Shown here: piece by piece, positions 56,037 to 59,479 of the stretch
How the letters are laid out: every line of letters starts with the position of its first letter
Position numbering within the stretch: position 1 is the first letter of the stretch
From: Thermoanaerobaculaceae bacterium
GTDB taxonomy: Bacteria > Acidobacteriota > Thermoanaerobaculia > Thermoanaerobaculales > Thermoanaerobaculaceae
Assembly: GCA_025456225.1 (NCBI GenBank)
Contig: JALOLB010000001.1
Span: forward strand, 14,054-73,532
Direction of reading: 5' to 3'
Length of the DNA: 59,479 nucleotides
The notes under the pieces: model-generated
Databases searched by the model: none
Told to the model about the DNA's origin: nothing
The model's input: only the letters and a program-made list of their open reading frames with translations
Translations under genes and position numbers: made by a program

Positions 56037-57430
56037 GTGCCGCGGTGCCCCGCGAGGTTGCGGCCCTGGGCGAATTCGAGGTCAGCCGGCGAGAGACAGC
56101 GGAAGCTCCGCTCCCCCGGCGGTCCGCCCCGCCGTGGCCCGCCCCATTGGCGCCGGAAGCCTTTCACGGTCCCCTGGGTGAACTGGCTCTCTTGGTGGCG
56201 CCGCACACGGAAGGCGACCCCGCGGCACTGTTGCTGCAAGCGGTTGTCGCCTTTGGCTCGCTTGTCGGGCGCGTGGCGTTCTACCAGCACGAAGCGACCG
56301 AGCACGGCACGAACCTGTTCCTGGCGGTGGTAGGTCAATCCTCTCGCGGACGGAAGGGGACCGCCCTTGACTGGGTGCGCAAGGCGCTGGCGATGACTGA
56401 TCCGACATGGGCGAGCGAGCGCATGCTCTCCGGTTTGAGCTCTGGCGAGGGGGTGCTTTGGGCGGTCCGCGACCCCATCTACAAGACCGAGGCCGTGAAG
56501 GCGAGGGGGAAGGCGACGGGCGAAGTGCAGACCGTGCTCGTGGACCCTGGCGTAGACGACAAGCGCCTTCTGGTTGTCGAGGGGGAGCTGGCGCAAGCGT
56601 TGAAGGTGCTCCAACGCGAGGGGAATACCCTCTCGCCAGTGCTCCGGCGCGCATGGGATGACGGGAACCTTCGGACCCTGACAAAGAACTCCCCGGCCGT
56701 CGCGACCGGGGCGCACGTCTCAATCATCGGCCACGTGACCGCCTTTGAGCTGCGCACGCTGCTGGCCAGTGCCGACGTTCACAACGGCTTTGCCAATCGC
56801 GTGCTGTGGGCATGCGCCCGGCGGTCCAAGCTCCTGCCGGACGGCGGCGATCTACCAGAGGGGGCTCTGGTCCCCATTGCCGACGCGCTGCGCGAGGCCG
56901 CGGAAGCCTCTCGACGGACCGGGCGCGTGGAACGCTCTCCTGCTGCGCGCGAGGTGTGGCACGCCGTCTACCCGACTCTGACCGCGGACGTACCGGGCAT
57001 CCTCGGGGCAGTGACTTCCCGAGGTGAGGCCCAAGCACTCAGACTCTCGCTCGTCTACGCACTGGCGGACCGCTCACGGGTGATTGAGCCCGCGCACCTT
57101 TTGGCCGCCCTGGCCGTCTGGCAGTACTGCGCCGCCAGCGCCGCCCATATCTTCGGGGACGCGACCGGGGACCGCACGGCGGACCGCATCCTTGACGCGC
57201 TTTCCGCGCACCCCGAGGGACAGACACGAGACGAGATCCGTGAACTCTTTGACCGGCACAAGAGTGCCCGGGAGCTTGACACTGCTCTCGACTTGCTGGC
57301 CAGTGCCGCCCTGGCGGTGTGCGACCGGCGGACAGATACGGGCGGACGGCCGGCGACGGTATGGCGCGCAACGGGAAGCGCCCGCGCGGAAAGCGCCATA
57401 AGCGCGGAAAGCCTCTCCGATGAGGACTAG
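56033..57430 (+). CDS. DUF3987-family protein (putative replication helicase/loader partner of Prim-Pol)
   Basis: 465 aa. The start overlaps the Prim-Pol stop. P-loop-like VVGQSSRGRKGTA. Architecture typical of DUF3987 genes that follow Prim-Pol genes. Confidence 0.75.
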   Translation: MSAAVPREVAALGEFEVSRRETAEAPLPRRSAPPWPAPLAPEAFHGPLGELALLVAPHTEGDPAALLLQAVVAFGSLVGRVAFYQHEATEHGTNLFLAVVGQSSRGRKGTALDWVRKALAMTDPTWASERMLSGLSSGEGVLWAVRDPIYKTEAVKARGKATGEVQTVLVDPGVDDKRLLVVEGELAQALKVLQREGNTLSPVLRRAWDDGNLRTLTKNSPAVATGAHVSIIGHVTAFELRTLLASADVHNGFANRVLWACARRSKLLPDGGDLPEGALVPIADALREAAEASRRTGRVERSPAAREVWHAVYPTLTADVPGILGAVTSRGEAQALRLSLVYALADRSRVIEPAHLLAALAVWQYCAASAAHIFGDATGDRTADRILDALSAHPEGQTRDEIRELFDRHKSARELDTALDLLASAALAVCDRRTDTGGRPATVWRATGSARAESAISAESLSDED

Positions 57431-57487
57431 CCCGACCCTTTCCGCGCATACCGCGCTTATCGCGCCCGCGCACCGCAGGGAGGAGTA

Positions 57488-57757
57488 ATGAGCGCGACCC
57501 TGTTGGACCTGGCACGACGGGCGGCGGGTGGAGGTGTCACGACGCCCACTCCGAGCGCCGCGGCCCCTACCCGTTCGGACCTGCTGCGCCTTGCCGGCGA
57601 CGCTGCCGAGGCCGTCAATCGGCACTGCGAGGGGTGCGAGCGCTGTCGGCCCGAAGACTTCACGGGCGACGTGCTGCGATACCCGCTCTGTCCCGAGGGG
57701 TTGGAGCTGCGCCGCCGGTACCGCACGGCCCGGCGCCTGGCACTGGTGGCGCGATGA
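57488..57757 (+). CDS. Hypothetical small protein (Cys-containing)
   Basis: 89 aa. GGGAGGAG sits 3 nt upstream of the ATG. Confidence 0.5.
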   Translation: MSATLLDLARRAAGGGVTTPTPSAAAPTRSDLLRLAGDAAEAVNRHCEGCERCRPEDFTGDVLRYPLCPEGLELRRRYRTARRLALVAR

Positions 57758-57933
57758 TTGCCTCCTACCACGTCGCGGTGCTCGCCTTGCTTCACGCGGG
57801 GCTGCTGGTGCCGGGTGAAACCTACGACATCGAGGTGCTGCACGACGACGACTGCTCCCTGCTGGTGCGGCGCGGCACGTGCGACTGCGAGCCGGAGATC
57901 CGGGTGCGGGAGGTGCATCGTGCCGTTTGCTGA
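57754..57933 (+). CDS. Hypothetical small protein
   Basis: 59 aa (MIASYHVAVLALLHAG...). The ATG overlaps the previous stop (ATGA). Confidence 0.45.
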   Translation: MIASYHVAVLALLHAGLLVPGETYDIEVLHDDDCSLLVRRGTCDCEPEIRVREVHRAVC

Positions 57934-58243
57934 TCCTGCCCGCCGTCGCCAGGCCCAGCGGGAGGCCCAGCGGCGCCGCCGTGGGAGGGGTGACCATGCC
58001 GGTGTCAACCCGTCAACCCCTGGCGTCGTGAGTGCCACCGACCTGGCTGCGGTGATCTGGGACGAGGTACAGGCCATTCGCGGCGCCATGACGGCCGGGG
58101 ACCCGGAACGGGCTCGGGTGATCGCTCAGCTCGTCTCGGTTGGACTCCGGGCCGTCGAGGCATCAACCCTGTTGCCGCGGCTTGAAGCGCTGGAGGCGGC
58201 CATCGGCGAGCCGGGTAGCGTGCTCGCCTGGCCTGGGAAGTGA
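57920..58243 (+). CDS. Hypothetical protein with Arg-rich N-terminus
   Basis: GTG at 57920 preceded by GGGAGGTG. Product starts (M)PFADPARRRQAQREAQRRRRGRG... This is the frame of track ORF 57758..58243. Confidence 0.45.
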   Translation: MPFADPARRRQAQREAQRRRRGRGDHAGVNPSTPGVVSATDLAAVIWDEVQAIRGAMTAGDPERARVIAQLVSVGLRAVEASTLLPRLEALEAAIGEPGSVLAWPGK

Positions 58244-58246
58244 TCG

Positions 58247-58468
58247 ATGCAAAGTAGACTTCGACGACTTGAACGGATGGCACAAGCCGCGGCAGCGTTG
58301 GCAGAGACCGAGCAGCAGGCAGGCGCCCAGGCCCGCGAGCTTCTGCTGGCGGCCCTGTCAAAAGGTCCTCCGACGACTTCCGACTTGCCGCGGGATGCCA
58401 AGGCGACGGTCGCGGCTCTCAGAGCCGGTGCGGCGGCAGCACTGGCCAGGAATGCCGGTGCCCAATGA
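58247..58468 (+). CDS. Hypothetical small protein
   Basis: 73 aa. It starts 3 nt after the previous stop. Confidence 0.4.
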   Translation: MQSRLRRLERMAQAAAALAETEQQAGAQARELLLAALSKGPPTTSDLPRDAKATVAALRAGAAAALARNAGAQ

Positions 58469-58809
58469 CCGGTATGAGGCCACGCCTGCGCCGCTTGGAG
58501 ACCGCCACGCGGAAGAGGCTCTTCTCCGAATGCCTGGCGTGGTACAAGGTGTGGATTGAGCTGGCCCTGAGTCTTTCGGAGCAACTCAACACCGAGCTGG
58601 AGGCACTCCCCGAACCGCCCGCCGACTTCAAGCCCGACAACCCGTTCGGTCTCGACGGGAAGTTCGCTTGGGTGTATGAGCTCGACCGAGCACGGCACGA
58701 TGCTTGGGAGGCACAGTTCAAGGCCCACGCCCTGGCCAACGGCTACCGGCGGGAGTGGGATTGCGTCATGCGGGACGTTCAAGAGGCGTACGGGCGCACC
58801 GCCAGCTAG
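58465..58809 (+). CDS. Hypothetical protein
   Basis: 114 aa. ATGA overlap with the previous gene. Confidence 0.5.
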   Translation: MTGMRPRLRRLETATRKRLFSECLAWYKVWIELALSLSEQLNTELEALPEPPADFKPDNPFGLDGKFAWVYELDRARHDAWEAQFKAHALANGYRREWDCVMRDVQEAYGRTAS

Positions 58810-58996
58810 ACCACCATCACCATCGCGAGTTCCGGGGCGCACCGGCGTCCCGTTATCGTCGGTGGCGTGGGGCACGGCACCGTCCAGGTCCTTGTGAGAG
58901 GGAGCGGCCGCACCCTGACGCTGCCGACATCCTCCGGCGTGTCCTGGGGCATCCTGGCGGAAGGCAGCGCCGGTGGCTATGGATAGACAAGCACTG

Positions 58997-59290
58997 CTAG
59001 CGGAGCTGGGCATGACAGGCGGGGCACACGGTGACTTTGTGGCTTGTCAGGCGGTTGTGACAAGAGCCGCAGAGGCAGTACTTTGCCATGCCTGATCCCT
59101 GAATCAGCAGCGCAATCGCGAGTCCGCCTCCAATCACCCAGCCGAAGATGCCGAGGTGAGGCGCCAGAACCGCGCCGATGACTGGGCCGCCAACCAGCCC
59201 GAGTCCCTGCACGAGGCAACCTGTGCCCATGCTCTCGCTCTTGTAGAGGCGTGGCGCGATTGGTGGGGGGAAAGGGGGAGGGGTGGACAT
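58997..59290 (-). CDS. Small membrane protein with C-terminal zinc-ribbon (CxxC...CxxC)
   Basis: 97 aa. AAGGAG sits 5 nt upstream of the ATG at 59290. Two hydrophobic Gly-rich helices, then CLCGSCHNRLTSHKVTVCPACH. Confidence 0.6.
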   Translation of the reverse strand: MSTPPPFPPPIAPRLYKSESMGTGCLVQGLGLVGGPVIGAVLAPHLGIFGWVIGGGLAIALLIQGSGMAKYCLCGSCHNRLTSHKVTVCPACHAQLR

Positions 59291-59322
59291 GGGATCTCCT
59301 TGGACAACGTCGGATTGGCACT

Positions 59323-59460
59323 CTAGTTGCTGTCCTCGACAGTGACGATGGTCCCATCTTCAAAGGCGATTGATGCGGGCTTCCACTGCCACCTTGTGTC
59401 CTCAAAGCGCAGGTTGAGCAACTTCGTCCCACCGTACGGCCCGGCAACACGCTCGGTCAT
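59323..59460 (-). CDS. Possible 45-aa protein upstream of the membrane zinc-ribbon gene
   Basis: My own translation: MTERVAGPYGGTKLLNLRFEDTRWQWKPASIAFEDGTIVTVEDSN. GAAGGGAGAA lies immediately upstream. Too short for the ORF track. Confidence 0.35.
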   Translation of the reverse strand: MTERVAGPYGGTKLLNLRFEDTRWQWKPASIAFEDGTIVTVEDSN

Positions 59461-59479
59461 TTCTCCCTTCTCGCCAGGC

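Larger units (their letters stand above)
52734..59479 (+). mobile_element. Integrated phage-satellite-like / integrative element (partial; right end outside the window)
   Basis: It begins at the truncated tRNA-Leu. It carries a tyrosine integrase, an AlpA/Xis-type HTH, Prim-Pol, a DUF3987 protein and a string of small, translationally coupled genes. It is visibly more A/T-rich than the flanking chromosome (for example 52734-52990, 54500-54700, 54890-54980). Confidence 0.8.

Overview
This is a very GC-rich chromosomal segment from a diderm bacterium, judged from OmpA-, TolB-, LolA- and MepK-type envelope genes; the lineage cannot be determined from the sequence alone. I found no rRNA, no CRISPR array and no intact tRNA. 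Many long ORFs in the supplied track are antisense or out-of-frame shadows typical of high-GC DNA, so I trimmed or discarded them.

Layout:
- 1-8969: four head-to-tail paralogous genes for secreted, fibre-like modular proteins. They share conserved N- and C-terminal domains and have reshuffled repeat cores. They sit next to a beta-propeller sensor kinase and a NarL-type regulator.
- 13-33 kb: mostly ordinary envelope and housekeeping genes (TPR/PMT-like membrane protein, VIT1 transporter, metallophosphoesterase, M28 peptidase, PAN-domain protein, OmpA/TSP3, lepA-hemW, L,D-transpeptidase plus MepK-like peptidase).
- 33-37 kb: a decayed mosaic holding an internal 5'-nucleotidase fragment and a 2.7-kb insert bracketed by GGTACCGATCA-type repeats.
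- 37-52 kb: giant secreted proteins (BNR/IPT lipoprotein, TolB-like propeller, LVIVD plus beta-helix protein) flank a tightly coupled 4-gene operon (tandem GNAT plus degenerate cNMP domain, PP-loop amidotransferase-like enzyme, ThiF/E1-like enzyme, tandem nitroreductase).
- 52-59.5 kb: mazEF, a 3' fragment of tRNA-Leu(CAG) acting as an att remnant, and an integrated satellite-like element (integrase, AlpA/Xis, Prim-Pol, DUF3987, small genes) that runs off the window.

The two best candidates for an undescribed system are the paralog array with its shared uncharacterised domain and the GNAT/PP-loop/E1/nitroreductase operon. Two unrelated short motifs also recur in intergenic DNA far more often than chance allows.
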